In this document: positions 24,649 to 37,855 of the stretch, one piece after another
Layout: the number at the start of each line of letters is the position of its first letter
Position numbering within the stretch: the stretch's first letter is position 1
Assembly: GCA_002633005.1 (NCBI GenBank)
Contig: NMRA01000894.1
Coordinates: 1 to 64,000 of the forward strand
Length of the DNA stretch: 64,000 nucleotides
DNA from: Phoronis australis
Taxonomy: Eukaryota > Animalia > Phoronida
Direction of reading: 5' to 3'
Notes under the pieces: generated by a model
What the model was told of the DNA's origin: nothing
Database searches by the model: none
What the model saw: only the letters and a program-made list of their open reading frames with translations
Program-made: the position numbers and the translations under genes

Positions 24649-25744
24649 CTAGAAGACAGCAATGGTACTATCAATAATACACAACTGTTGTACAGTTGCA
24701 GGGGAGGTAATTCATATAAAATTGCCCTACTTGTGAACATCACATCTCAGAAGTGTTCAGATTCACATGAAACCTTCAAATATTATAATTTATCCATTAC
24801 TCTCCAAAATGCTGTTAGCATTACGTTTAAAGTATTCCATTTTTGCGTAAGATAGGACTTTTCAAATTTTTGTAAAAAACAATAGCTGTATAAAATGAAT
24901 ACACAATGACAACCTAAAACACTTTAACAGTGTTTTTGCGATTCCATCTTCAACATTTATATCAAACAAATGAATGCACCTTTCTTTGTAGATAAATTTT
25001 GTGAGAAAACATGATCAAGTGACCCAATTAATGACAGATTTGTATTAAGTTAATTATCAAATTTTGCTACTATAGCTGTCTATGTTCTACCAATCTGTTA
25101 GCCAAAGGACGATTAGCAGAACATAGACGGCCTTGTAGCACTACTACATCGGTTATGGAGCATCATGTACTATAGTCTATGGAGCATCATGTACTATAGT
25201 CTATGGGGCATGTTAGAATCTGGCGATGCTGTTGCCTGGACTGAAGTGAACACCCTTGACAATGATTCTAAATGGTTCAAGCAGGGCAGATGCATCAATA
25301 TTGGTCCCCTGACAACTAGTGGATATTCTCAGAGTGAACACAATAGCAGATCACTACAGAAAGTCTCTCAGTGATTCCTTTAACTTTTTGCTCTGACTAC
25401 GGTTTATATATTTTTATTAATTAAAAAATAAGTCCTATTTATACATTATTATTATGTCTGAACCACAACGGATAAGCTTCCATCAACTTTTGGTAAATTT
25501 TCTATTACTTCATGGGCGGCGCACCATAGGGGGCTGGGAGGGGGCTATGGTCTTCCAGGCACTTATTTCAGTGATGTGGCACCCATACATTTGCAGTAAA
25601 GTAATCAATGTTTGAAAAATGAAAATTTTGGCAATTACTTTTGTGCAAAAGAATTGGAAAATTACCATACTGTATGTTTCAAATGACTCAAAAGCAGTGA
25701 CATAAATGAGTGCAAGTATATTATAAAACATATGTGACTGTGTG

Positions 25745-25854
<110 letters not shown>

Positions 25855-26620
25855 CATGCTTGTGTATATCTATACATGAATTCAATCAGGAGGACCTTAT
25901 TGCCTTATATGATCTGTGTAAACATTGCTGATTTGTTACAGACGTTTTCATAGACTAAGGGGCAAACAGTAAGGGAGCCCTTATTTGTCAACTGCGTTAC
26001 TTAAGAAATTGAAACATTTGGTATAACAATACGTATATAACTTAAAACAGGGATCCTAAATTATTTTCAGAATATCCCAAAATTGTAATGTTTTTGAAAA
26101 ATTAGGAGCTAGAAACTGAAAGATGACAGTTTGTATAGTCACATCCTTGATCAGTATCTTAATCACCACCAAAGACTAATTAATTAATTAAGCTTACAAA
26201 AATACAGAAACTAGGTCCTAAAAATTCCCTGGAATTCTTCGAAATGATATTTGATAAGTTTCTTTTTTATATCACATCTGTTTCACACTTGTTGTTAGAC
26301 CGCCTCAAACACATTTATTTTCTGTCTCAGTTCAAAGTTGCAGACTATCACCTTACCAAACCACATGCAATCTCAGAATAAAGCTGCTTATGACAACTGT
26401 ACAACATTCTAAGATCATTTACCATTAAATAGTGGTCAAAATTTGTTCCTTACTGACCACAGTTTGAAATTAGGCTCGATAAGTTGGATTGTCATGGCAA
26501 CACATTTTATACGCCAAGTAGGGACTCAAGCCAGTTCTTTCCACATCCCATCTGAGTAATGGACAAAGCGAGATCAAACGTTTGAGAGCGAAACAACTTT
26601 AAATTGTCAAAGCAACTTAC

Positions 26621-26821
26621 CGTAATCAGTCTCCTTGGTTCCTTGTATCTAATTGTAAACGTTGATCCGTCAGGTTGTACAAGTGTAATTGGGTAAGTTC
26701 TCACATACATATTTCTGTGTATTTTTGTAATCGATGTTCTGTTTGAACCAAATCGCAAAAACTGAAGGGGTGGAGGTCGAATCTTACAAAGGCATTTCAT
26801 CGCTGCTGTTGGCTGCAACAT
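26621..26821 (-). CDS. MRPL55: Mitochondrial ribosomal protein L55, first coding exon
   Basis: MLQPT...SNRTSITKIHRNMYVRTYPITLVQPDGSTFTIRYKEPRRLIT matches the MRPL55 core. GTAAG donor at 26620; tttcag acceptor 1 nt before the ATG implies an upstream non-coding exon. Total 113 aa. Confidence 0.92.
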
Positions 26822-27381
26822 CCTGAAAATTGAAATCACAGAGAAAATTTGGGCTAGTACACGTCAGCAACACCTTAATATCTTGTTACTAACATATATG
26901 CATCTATGACTATGAATGCACGTTCTGATGATCTACTCTTGCCAAGACTCTCAGTAGACTTTGTTAGTGAGATCACTCCAGGTTAGTGCTCATCATGACA
27001 AGCAATGCTGAAGAGGGAACATAAGACCAGTCTTAAGTCCAGTCACTTTCACAAAACACACCCTAGGTGCAACACTACAATGATTGCCTCTTAATAGTTT
27101 GTAAGTGCAGGGTTTACTGTATGTAAAGCATTTAGCTCAATTGGAACCACCTTCCAAAATTTTGGGGTCCATTTCAAATTCTTAATGTCCCTGAAAACAG
27201 CCCGGAAATCATTTTACACTGACGAGCAATGTATCAGAAAAATAAGACAAATTTGCTGGTACTTTTATGATTGGAAGATAATCAAGGAAAAAAACATAAG
27301 GTTAAGTTAATATTTTAGTATTATTTTATACGTCAACTTATCAAAATTGTGTCAAAGATACGCCACCCATAAAACCTGTAA

Positions 27382-27571
27382 TAACACAGCCGTGGGTGAA
27401 CACTGAAAAGTAGTCCACAGCACCATCTATTGATTGCATGTCATAACACAGACGTGGGTGAACACTGAAAAGTAGTCCACAGCACCATCTATTGATTGCA
27501 TGTCATAACACAGCCTTGGGTGAACACTGAAAAGTAGTCCACAGCACCATCTATTGATTGCATGTCATAAC
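27382..27571. repeat. Tandem repeat, 62-bp unit x3
   Basis: Units start at 27382, 27444 and 27506. Confidence 0.95.
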
Positions 27572-27606
27572 CAAATGGCCGTCATGTTGGAAATGTGTCC
27601 AATATA

Positions 27607-28987
27607 CAGTACAGCCACTGAATTATTAGGCTCTCTCCGGTGTCTCTCCGGTCTAGCCACCTGTGACCGTAACCGGAGACAGACCGGAGAGTGAGGCGTG
27701 AGTCAACCGTGACAACTGGCGTGAGCCTAAGCATGACTGTACCCGAGCTTACCATGAGTTAGGCGTGAACAAAGCGCGAGCCAGCCGTGAGCCAGGCGTG
27801 AGTTTACCTGCATCGCAGATGAAAAAGTAATTTATTAAAATCAGTAACTAGCAGTGATGTGTGCATTCTCATAGATTTTTGCTCATGTGAGGTTTAATTT
27901 TTTTGAAATCGTCATGTGCAGTAAAAGACCAAAATTTCCGTCTCAAATCTTAAGTTACTTCAGGAAACAGACTTGTGGACTTTACTTATCACTGATATAT
28001 AATTATATATGTATATATAATTTGTTTTTTATATAAACTAATAAAGAATCTTAACACGCTTGTACATGGCGAAATTATTCATTTGTCTTCACGATATGAA
28101 GGAGCATAGCATGTCAATTCTCAGCACATTGATCCCAAGTTCCGGCATCATGCGAAGAAAACTGATCGCGCCCATGCATTTGACGAGTCAAACAGATGAC
28201 CGTTATTATTATTTTAGTGAAGAATTACCCCGTACTCAGTCGAAATGCATGTACTATGGGGAGGGGGCTACAAATAATTGAACTGCACTATGGATTGAGG
28301 ATTTTTAAGTCAAAACATTTGCTTGCAGTAAGGGATGAGGATGACAGAAAGGCGGCCTATTGAAATTTTTTGTACGCCAGTGAGGTGCAAAAACTTACAG
28401 AGTGACACAATACCTCACAAGATGCGTAGGCTATTTTTATGGCGAATAACTATATCCACCTGTGACAAGTTTCAAGGATTCTACAGCCATGTAAAGATGA
28501 CTCTGGACACAGCGTTGCGTTCATTCGTATTTACTAACCGTGGTTACTGTACATGTATGTCGTTGATAGGACTGGCTCTTAAGTCGTAAATTGAACATGT
28601 ACATGTAAGTGTAACACAAGACGAGCTGAAGGAAGACGTTTGTATGAACAACACAGAGTTAGTCGGAACCCAAGTGTGATAGATGACTGCTTGCAAAGAT
28701 ACTCTATAAAAAACTATAATGTCTTTGCAACTTGACCGAAAAGACAGACAATCAAGACGTTACATATATTTTTACTGGTTTAAGCCAGGTGCCCTACCAT
28801 GGTTACGACAGCTATCAAAGGCGTGAGGGAGGCGTTAACTAAACTGGAGGTAAGCGTGAGGACTACCTGGAGAGTAGGCGTGAGGCGACCGTGACTGATT
28901 TTTGTCACGCCTGCGTTCCGGATGCGCTCCGGTCTGGCCAGGCGTGAGGTAGCCCGGACGAAGTCTAAAAATTCAGTGGCTGTACTG
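27607..28987. mobile_element. Non-autonomous TIR DNA transposon, ~1.4 kb
   Basis: TIR CAGTACAGCCACTGAATT(A/T)TTAG(G/A)CT at both ends, flanked by TA. Subterminal clusters of GGCGTGAG/CCGTGA motifs. No transposase ORF recognised. Confidence 0.8.
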
Positions 28988-29510
28988 TAGGTCCTTCTGG
29001 CCACCAAAATATAACTAATACGATTATACACAACAAGGAATTAAATTAGATTCGATTCTTTTTGGAGGAATTATTATGATTAATCCTTGTTTGTCAAGTT
29101 AATTTTTTCTCAAACATAAGCAGTTAACTTGCCACTTGTAGCAATTTAAGTAAAAATGATTAACTGTAATAACATTCCAACTAATGAATAGCATTGAGTG
29201 ATGAAGAATAGAGAGAGAGAAACTTTTATATTTTAAATCATAAAAACAAACATTGTTATATGATTGTGTGGTCAGCAAAAGCACGGGCCGCTAATAGCTG
29301 ACGACTGAGAAACAATAAATTAAATAGATATTAACAATTAAGAAGAACAATATAAATAACAACAGAAAAAAACTACATCTACAATTAAATAAAATAGAAT
29401 GGAAGTTTATTTAAAAACGTATACAAATTAAATGTGCCAAATCCATCCGAAAATGAGAAGGCATTGTCGTCTCCTGCATAGAAACTTATTTGCAAAATTT
29501 CATGATAATA

Positions 29511-30975
29511 ACAAGAGCAACGTGGACAGTTGAAATGCCCCCACGAGGGGTGTTTATTTGTATCACTAAAAATACTTCAAATCCATCAAAAAAAAACAAC
29601 AAAAAAAACAGGAAAATGTCACCATTTCATTAACAGAAAGGTATTTATAACATTGCACGAAAATCCGTCAACGAACTTTAGAGAAACAGAGGAAAAGGAA
29701 AAAAAATGAAATTGCCACTAGGTGACACAGCATTCGTCGGATTCGTCTGAAAGTTGTCGTCTTCCGTTGTCAACTTCATATAAATACACTAGCTAAATTT
29801 AATGAAGATCCCATGGAGGGTTTAGGACATACAACCATGGGCGAAAAAAAAATGCCACTAGGTGGCATCACAGTAATTGCAGTCGAAAAAAAACTGCCAC
29901 CAGGTGGCATCACAGTAATTGAAATCGATGGAAAATCATAGTCAAGTGTCCTCTTCACACTAAGAAAATATAAGCCAAATTTCACAATCATCCTAAGAAC
30001 GGTTTGGTTGACAGAGGGCAGACACCAAAAACAGACTAGAAAACAGGAAAAATGGCCACTAGATGGTGCAAAATACGTCATATCCATCCAAAAGCCAGAA
30101 AATGTCATTGTTTCTTTAACAGAAAGCTATAAATCTAAATTTCATGAAAATTCGTCAAGGAACTTTAGAAACAGAGGAAACAGAATAAAATGAAATTGCC
30201 ACTACGAGGCACAATGTTCGACAGATCCCTCTGAGTCATCTTCCGTTGTCAACTTCATATAACTTCATAGAAATACACGTACTAAATTTAATGAAGATCC
30301 TGCAGAGGGCTTAGGAAATACAGGTATGGGAGCAAAAATATCAAAACTAGGAGGCGCCGCAGTAGTTGAAGTCGTCAGAAAATCATCGCCAACTGTCCCC
30401 ATCATAGTAAGAACATACATGTCAATTTTCACTATCATCCTTAGAGTGGTTTGGTTCATAGAGGGGCGAACTAGAAAATAGTAAAAATGGCCACCAGACG
30501 GCGCAAAATGCTTGGAATCCATCCGGGAGGCTAACGTCTCCTCATTAATAGATGCCTATGTGCCAAATTTCATGAAAATTGGTTGAGGACCTTTGAAGAT
30601 ACAGAGGCAAACGTAAAAAACTAAAATTGCTACTAGCAGGGGGCATAGCGGTATTCGGGTTGGTCCGAAACTCGTCGCCCTCTGTCATCAACCCCACAGG
30701 AACACACCTGCCAAATTTCAATACGATCCTGCAAGGGGTTTAAGAGATATAGCCGCGGACGCCCGGACAGAGATGACAGCAATATTCACCACATATACCG
30801 TAATCGTTCGGGTTAACGCCCTGGGCGATTAAATTGGCGAATCCAAAAAATCGGGGGAGGGCGGTTAACCGAGCAGTGGGCGGTTAAATCGAAAATCCAC
30901 TTAAAGTCGGGGGTGGGCGGTTAACTGAGCATAGGCGTTAACCCGAACGATTACGGTAAATATGTGGGTGCATAA
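29511..30975 (-). mobile_element. Helentron-associated non-autonomous element (HINE/DINE-1-like), complete
   Basis: Reverse-complement homologue of 54661-55889. 3' end ACAAGAGCAACG...TTGAAATGCCCCCAC at 29511, internal ~150-bp repeats, and a 5' palindrome CCACATAT..ATATGTGG interrupted by a MITE. Confidence 0.75.
30798..30956. mobile_element. Tc2/pogo-type MITE, 159 bp, nested in the HINE
   Basis: TIR CCGTAATCGTTCGGGTTAACGCC at both ends with TA duplication at 30796-97 and 30957-58. Confidence 0.9.
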
Positions 30976-30979
30976 AAAC

Positions 30980-32141
30980 TGCCATTATGTGGCCAACCAA
31001 TCCAAAAATGAGAACCTATCATTGTCTCCTTGATTGAAACCTATTAATTAAACTTCATGAAAATCCATCAGTGCTTTAAAGATACAGAAGACAATGGAAA
31101 AATAAAATTGCCCCTAGGTCGGTTCAGCGGTAGTTTGATCCGTCCAAATGTCGTTGACGTCCTTTATCAACTTCCTGTAAATATTCCTCCCATATTTAAT
31201 AAAGATTCTCCAGAGGGTTTGGGAGATAAAGCCATAGACGCAAAAAAACTGGCATGAAGAGGTGCCGCAGTAGTCCGAGTCGTTCAAAAATCATCACCAG
31301 CCATTCTCTTCTCACTAAAAACATACAAGACAACTTTCATAATCGTCATTATAGTGGTTTGGGTGACAGAGGAGCGGACACCAAAAACAGACTATAAAAA
31401 ATAAACAGGGCTACTAGATGTTGCAAAATATGTCGAATCCATTCGAGAATCAGAATGTCACCGTTCCTTTAATAGAAACCTATTATAATCACCAAATCTC
31501 ATAAAAATCTGTCAAGGAACGTCAAAAAACAGTAGAAAATGGAAAAAATAAAATTACCACTAGGGGACACGTCATTCATCAGACCCGTCCGAAAGTCGTC
31601 GTTTTCTGTTGTTAACTTTACATAAATACACTTGCGAAATTTAATGAAGACCCTACAAAGAGTTAAGAAGATACAGCCATGGACGCAAAAAACAAAACTG
31701 CTACTAGGAGGCACCACAGTAGTTGATATCATCTGAAAATGATCTTTAGCCATAATATTCGCAGTAGGAGCATTTTTGCCAATTTTCACAATCATCCTTA
31801 GAATGGCTTGGTTGGTAAAGGGGCGTACGCCAAAAACAAACTTAGAACAGTAAAAATGGCCACTAAGTGGCACAAAATACTTGAATCCATCCGAAAACGA
31901 ATAGGTATTTGATAATTTTTATGAAAATCCATAAGGACCCCCAAGGATAGAGATCAATGTAAAAAAATAAAACTGCTACCAGGGGGAACATCGGTAGTCG
32001 GATTCGTCCGAAAATTTGATCATCCTGTTCCATTCATGAAAGGAACATATCTGCGATCATCGAAGGGTCTTACAAATAGAACAGCGGACACCAGACAGAC
32101 GAAGGCATAATGCGCCCACATATAAATATGGGGTCGCATAA
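30980..32141 (-). mobile_element. Second HINE-like copy, abutting the first (3' end not seen)
   Basis: Same ~150-bp internal repeats. 5' end GCGGACACCAGACAGAC...ATGCGCCCACATATAAATATGGGGTCGCATAA. Confidence 0.7.
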
Positions 32142-34363
32142 AATTGGAACTAAGCGAATTGAAATGGTCTTGGCGTATTGGTATCAAACTCAGTCGCTCC
32201 GCATCACAAGTTGATTAATCATCGCATCCTTACAAATAATAAGGGTGATTTATATTTCTAATAAGTTCATCTTTCTATAGTCTACAATAACCTGGGTGAG
32301 ATGTCTCACAAGAGAGGGAGGCACTGTTTTTGAGTGCCAATGGTAATTGACAAATTCGACTGTTGTTTTAATTCCAAATCACCAAGCAAGTGTTCAGTGG
32401 TTGTTAGCCATCTCTCATTGAATATTAATTACAAGCTACAGAAATTTTATGATAATGCCCATGTTTCAAGAACTTTTAAACAGATAAACAGCATAGACTC
32501 AAGTTTGCCTTTTCAACGATTAAATCTTACAGTGTCATTTACAGCTGATTACTCAAACACAAATGGCAAGGGCCGTCATGATGTGTTCTTACGAAAAAAT
32601 GAGTCAATTTAATATTCTGTGCATCCTTGGTGCATCAAACTTCAAATAGTAATGTCTATGTATCCCACCATCAGGTTAAATGAACAAAATGCCCAATGGC
32701 AGTGTTTCTCAAGCATGGTTTCTGCCGAACAACCAACCCAGGCTCATGTAAAAATTCAGAGCAATAATTGTTGATGAAAGATGAGACAGCAGTCTCGAAA
32801 ATTTCACATCGAAACTTACAAACTGACACGTCATCAGATGAGTCTCACGTGTCACAGTTTAGTTTGGTTTGACCACAGCAAGTACTTCCTCTAATACATC
32901 CTCTCTTGCACATTGATCCCCTTGGCTGCCATTCATTTGCATTGTATGTTGACTTTCCATGAGTTAATGTTCTTGTGACATGAATTTTTCCCACAAAATA
33001 GCAAACACACATATAAAGAATTTTTTGAATGACAGTTACCAAATCTAACTAAATTCATGTCTTCATGACGTCACATTTAATATGATTCATAACATGGTGA
33101 CAGTTTTAAGTCATGTATGGGATAGAGAGGACAGAGGCTTCCATGAGAATGTGAAATTTTTCATACTCTTATATCATGACAAATTGCATGGTTTCTTAAG
33201 CCCTATTTAAATCTTGGCTTGAACATAAAGTATTTTGTGTTTAAAGCAACAAGACTCCCATTCCCAAAAATATGTTACAGAGTACTTTATGGGTATTACT
33301 AGTAGAAATGCAAAAATGAGATGGCACCACCCTTACCCATTACATGGCAGAGAGCTGAGGGAAACACATGCCATAGTCTGCTCAGCCAATTCACAGTCAT
33401 AGTTTGAATGTGTTCAACAACTTGTGATCATGAAAGGGAAACACGCAACATTCCATTTTCCTGATTGCAACAACCAGTTAGCCTAGTTGCCTAGTTCCTA
33501 GCCAGTCAACTAGCTGTATGAAGACAAACAGGTTTGCACCAAAGCCACTTGGTTTGATACATAGACACTAGATACTAACTAGTTCCATGATCATCCACTC
33601 AATAACAGACAATCAGTACATAGTTAGCTAGACTGGAATGTTATTTCCAATCACCATATTTAATTATATTCAACTACCTATTACATGCACTTTTGCATGG
33701 GTAACAGCTAGTAGATGAGAAATAGCTACACCTTCAAGTGAACATTAGTGTTCATCGCAAGAGACATGAATATTTTTTGAATTGACTGTCTTATTTTAAA
33801 GCTTCAATAAAAATTTCTGTCAGATTTAGGCAGGGTGTGCGGCTGCAGGATTATTTCCCCAGGCAATACAAATATTTTTCTTTCCAGAACATTTGAGCCT
33901 GTTGTAATATAAAGTATGGTAATCAGCTATTCTTAAAGTGAAAACTTTAAGGAAGTATTTAAGAATACTGTGTTGTACACAAGGTATATAATGTATTTAC
34001 AAAAGTCACATAATAAATGTACATGCTAAAGATGACTGGGTCAAAACGTGTACAGATTTCTCATCATTAAAATTAATGAAATATTTTTTTATAATGTTAA
34101 TAACAAAATCTTCGATACAATGAATATACATAACCCGGAAAGCGCCAAGAGGCATTATATCTGGATTAAAAAAGTACAAAGAAATCTATATACAATTATC
34201 AAATACATAAAAAAGAAAACTGTAAACAATTATTTTACAAAAATACATAAATTAAAAAAAACTGTTGTTAAGATTACAATGACATATGATTACGAAAGTA
34301 AATAAATCATTTTCATACACATGTACACAATTCTATCCACTCACACAAAGAGATTTAATATTA

Positions 34364-36150
34364 CCGTAAACGTTCGGTTAACGCCCTGGGCGGTTAAATT
34401 GGAAAACCCAAAAAATTGGGGGAGGGCGGTTAACCAGACATGGGCGCTTAAACGTGAAACTTCAAAAAATCCAGGGTGGGCGGTTAACCGAACATGGGCG
34501 CTTATTACGACAGGCAAGCGCCCTGGGCGGTTAATCTTACCTTGTGATCTAAGTCCCCACACCACACACGTAGGCCTACTCGGAACGCGTAGCAGTTTTC
34601 AAAGAGCGTTATCGTCACGTCGCCACATAACGGGAAAAATGTCATAACAGCGGATGATCCTAACAAAGGTTATCATGCCCTCAGATTAGTTATTCACTAT
34701 TAAATTTACAGAATTGCTGAGTAATAGCCCCGTGCCGTCCTGCGGCCTTGTTATTTAGCCCTGTAGAGCGCAGACGACCAGTGACCACGCAGCCTCTACT
34801 TGGATTGCAACTATTTCATCTTGCTAAAGCACGCGCGTGCAAGCTTCACGTGTTGCAGAGGTCACAGCAGACATCAAATTTATGGTTACAGTCTCGTACT
34901 AGCTGCCAAGTTCATAGTCAGAGAGCAGTTTTAAAATTGGTTGTAATAAAAGTTTGAAAACCTTAATTCAGATGTTTTTTGTGTTTGGGATGTTATAGTC
35001 GATACTCCCCGACTCAATGACATTTTCAGCGTATGGTTCTGTGGCTTGCTGTTTTATCTCGACTGCCCGGCATTGCTTACTTGCCGTTGCGCCAAACATG
35101 CTCGGCAAAGAAGTAGGCCCAAGACAAGAATCGGGGTTAAGCGGCCGTGAGCCACTCGTCAATCAATAATAAAATAAATATGTGATAAAACACTACAAAA
35201 CAGCGATGTTTCAATTCATAAACGATCACCTTACCAAACTTCGTGGTGGAAAAACATTTATTTTTCATGCAAGATGTCCAGATTATCCTATTTATATCAC
35301 TTGCAATATCGCACTGCGGCACTGTTCGGTCCCGTTGTTAGCGCGCAATGTCTCAGTCGGCTGACAATCGTGACTTGGAAATGCCGTCAAGTAATATAAC
35401 GGCCTCTTTCAATATGCATCTCGATTTTTTATGGCCAAAGATAGCGGCGGTATTCAGCACGCGCGTAGGGCCTATGTGCGAGTCACCTGTCAATCACATG
35501 TTGGTGTCAAGGTAACATGCACTCCAACGTGTGGGAACTTGCACGCGTGCACCACTACAAAGTCACACATCAAAAGAGAATAGCGACAGTCCTAAGTAAC
35601 AGAAACGGGCATGACTATATACTTTTAACCATTGTCTCATTTCTCTGGCCTGATTTTTTCGAATATGTTTTATCAAGTGCACTGCAGACGAAAACTCAGC
35701 GCCGCAGACAAAGTCGCTGAAAGCGGAGGTTTTGACGCCGGCGGCGTTCTTAAACTTTTGCAAATATGGGATGAAAATAAAGTGACAAAAACGTTCAAGT
35801 ATTATATTTTGAAGTGAGTCCATGACCCAAGACAATAACTCGTTACTTGTATAATTGCAATTCACATTGCTAAACCACCGTCTCGGAGGTCTGGCGTCGT
35901 TGCGCTCATTGTGATCATCAATCTTTTTCTAAAAGTCGGGGAATCGCGCGTTTCCTTAGCACTGGGCGCTAAATCTTCATTCTTTAAAAGTCGGGGATGG
36001 GCGCTTAACCGAGAGGTGGGTGCTTTACTGGAAATCTTCAAAAATCGCAGAGGGGCGCTTAACCGAGCAGTGGGCGGTTAAATCAAAAATCTACCTTAAG
36101 TACGGGGTGGGCGGTTAACTGAGCATGGGCGTTAACCCGAACGTTTACGG
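34364..36150. mobile_element. Tc2/pogo-type non-autonomous element, 1.79 kb
   Basis: TIR CCGTAAACGTTCGG(G)TTAACGCCC with TA duplication and subterminal GGGCG(G/C)TTAA repeats. No transposase recognised. Confidence 0.88.
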
Positions 36151-36313
36151 TATAAACAAATTTTGATACTATTTCGAATAAAACCTTATTTTCATTTGGG
36201 TTGAGTTCTTGACTTCCTTATAGAAAAAATTATTTTTGTTGTACACTTGCGGAATTTCAGAATATTTTTTATAAATATTGGAGTATTGTTCGAGTGTCTG
36301 GAAAAGCTGTACC

Positions 36314-36782
36314 CAGACCTTTATGCAGCCTATGTCCTGGCACTAATATGGACGCTCTGGCAAGGACCCCCAATGTATCATGTGGACGCCCACTGTCAAT
36401 AGGAACCTTTCAAGTTTGAACACACACATTGTAATGATTACTAGGAAGCCTCTGAATGCTCAGTGGGGGCTCTTTTTCAAAGCAGGAAGAAATATACAAT
36501 GTATATACAAAGTATACACAATGTTGCTATGCTCACACTTGGTTGATAGCATTGTAAAAGTCTTGGTCTACACCAATTTTTTTATTAAAAATGCTCACTA
36601 CAGAAGGCTGTTTTGTAAACTTAGATATAAAAACCTTGGTCTATGGATTTTTTTGTAAAAAAATCTGTGTACTTGGGTGGATTGCTGGGGGTGGGGGGTT
36701 ATGCGTCGGAACTATGGACGCCCTGGAATATTGGGAACGTCATTTTGGACACCCTATTTCCGAAATCCTGGATAAAGCCCTG
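36314..36782. mobile_element. hAT-type MITE
   Basis: CAG...CTG termini with imperfect TIR (CAGACCTTTATGCAG / CTGGATAAAGCCCTG) and an exact 8-bp TSD GCTGTACC at 36306-13 and 36783-90. Confidence 0.85.
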
Positions 36783-37855
36783 GCTGTACCCTCTGCCCCT
36801 TGCATACCTCACAAGCAAAGAAAACATGAGCATTTGTGTGTGCAAACACAGAAGCGAAATATTATTAAACTTATGTCTAAATTTCTCGTTGTTTAGGAAT
36901 AGACTGCATTTTGATCTGTAAAGGATTATTTCGTGGTTGTGAGGAAGTTGGAACGATGTCAATGGGACTGGCAACTCTTGAGTAGTAGTATGCATTTTAA
37001 AGTTATTTTTTAGAGTGACGATTGAAGTGCTTTCTTTTATTTTGGATAGTAAAGAATTCCAGTTGTCATTACAAGTTAATATGGTAGATTTGCTGAAGGC
37101 TTGGCTGTGGGAAGATGGAATAGTGTGCATATTACTTTGCCGCAGTCCTGGTCTCGTGTTAGGTCTTTTGTAGGAGTCAAAGACGATTTTGTTTGAGTAA
37201 TTGTTTATGTTGGTTAAGACTATGAATGTATACATGGACAAGTGGAGTTTACGACGGGTTGCTAGTTTGGTCCATTTGAGATTGTTTAGAACCTTGATTG
37301 TGTTGGATCCTTTGTATGTCCCTGTTATGGCTAAAGCTGCTTGGTATTGTAGTCTTTATAATTGAAGAAGTATGCCAGCGTTTGCCGATTGGTAGATTAT
37401 GTCACAGTAATCTAGATGTGGAAGAACAAAAGACTTGAACAGAGTTTCAAGATGCATGGAGTTGAGATGACGAGAGACAATTCTAATTGGATTGTTTAAT
37501 TTTTGTACTTTGTGAACGAGTTTGCGACAGTGATGAGTAAATGTAAGCTTATGGTCGAATAGCAAGCCAAGGTGTTTGTGCGTGAACTTGTTGGGGATAA
37601 CTTCCCCATTGAGTGATAATTCCAGCACTGGATTTGTTTGGAATTGAGTATTATTAGACTTAGAAAATATAAAATATAAGATCAACACTTTTTTTCAGGT
37701 TTAAATTTTATCTTCCATTTGCAAGACCAGTCATAGGGTTTGTTTAGGTCAGTTTGCAATTGTAAGGAGTCATGGGGATTCTCTTTTGAGAATGGGAAGA
37801 AAATTGCAGCGTCATCAGCATGAAAGAATGTTTTAGAGTTTATTGTGTCTGGAGC

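Noticed and set aside
25218-25374. Possible Penelope GIY-YIG remnant (AWTEVNTLDNDSKWFKQG)
   Set aside because: Resemblance is too short and weak to support without a search.
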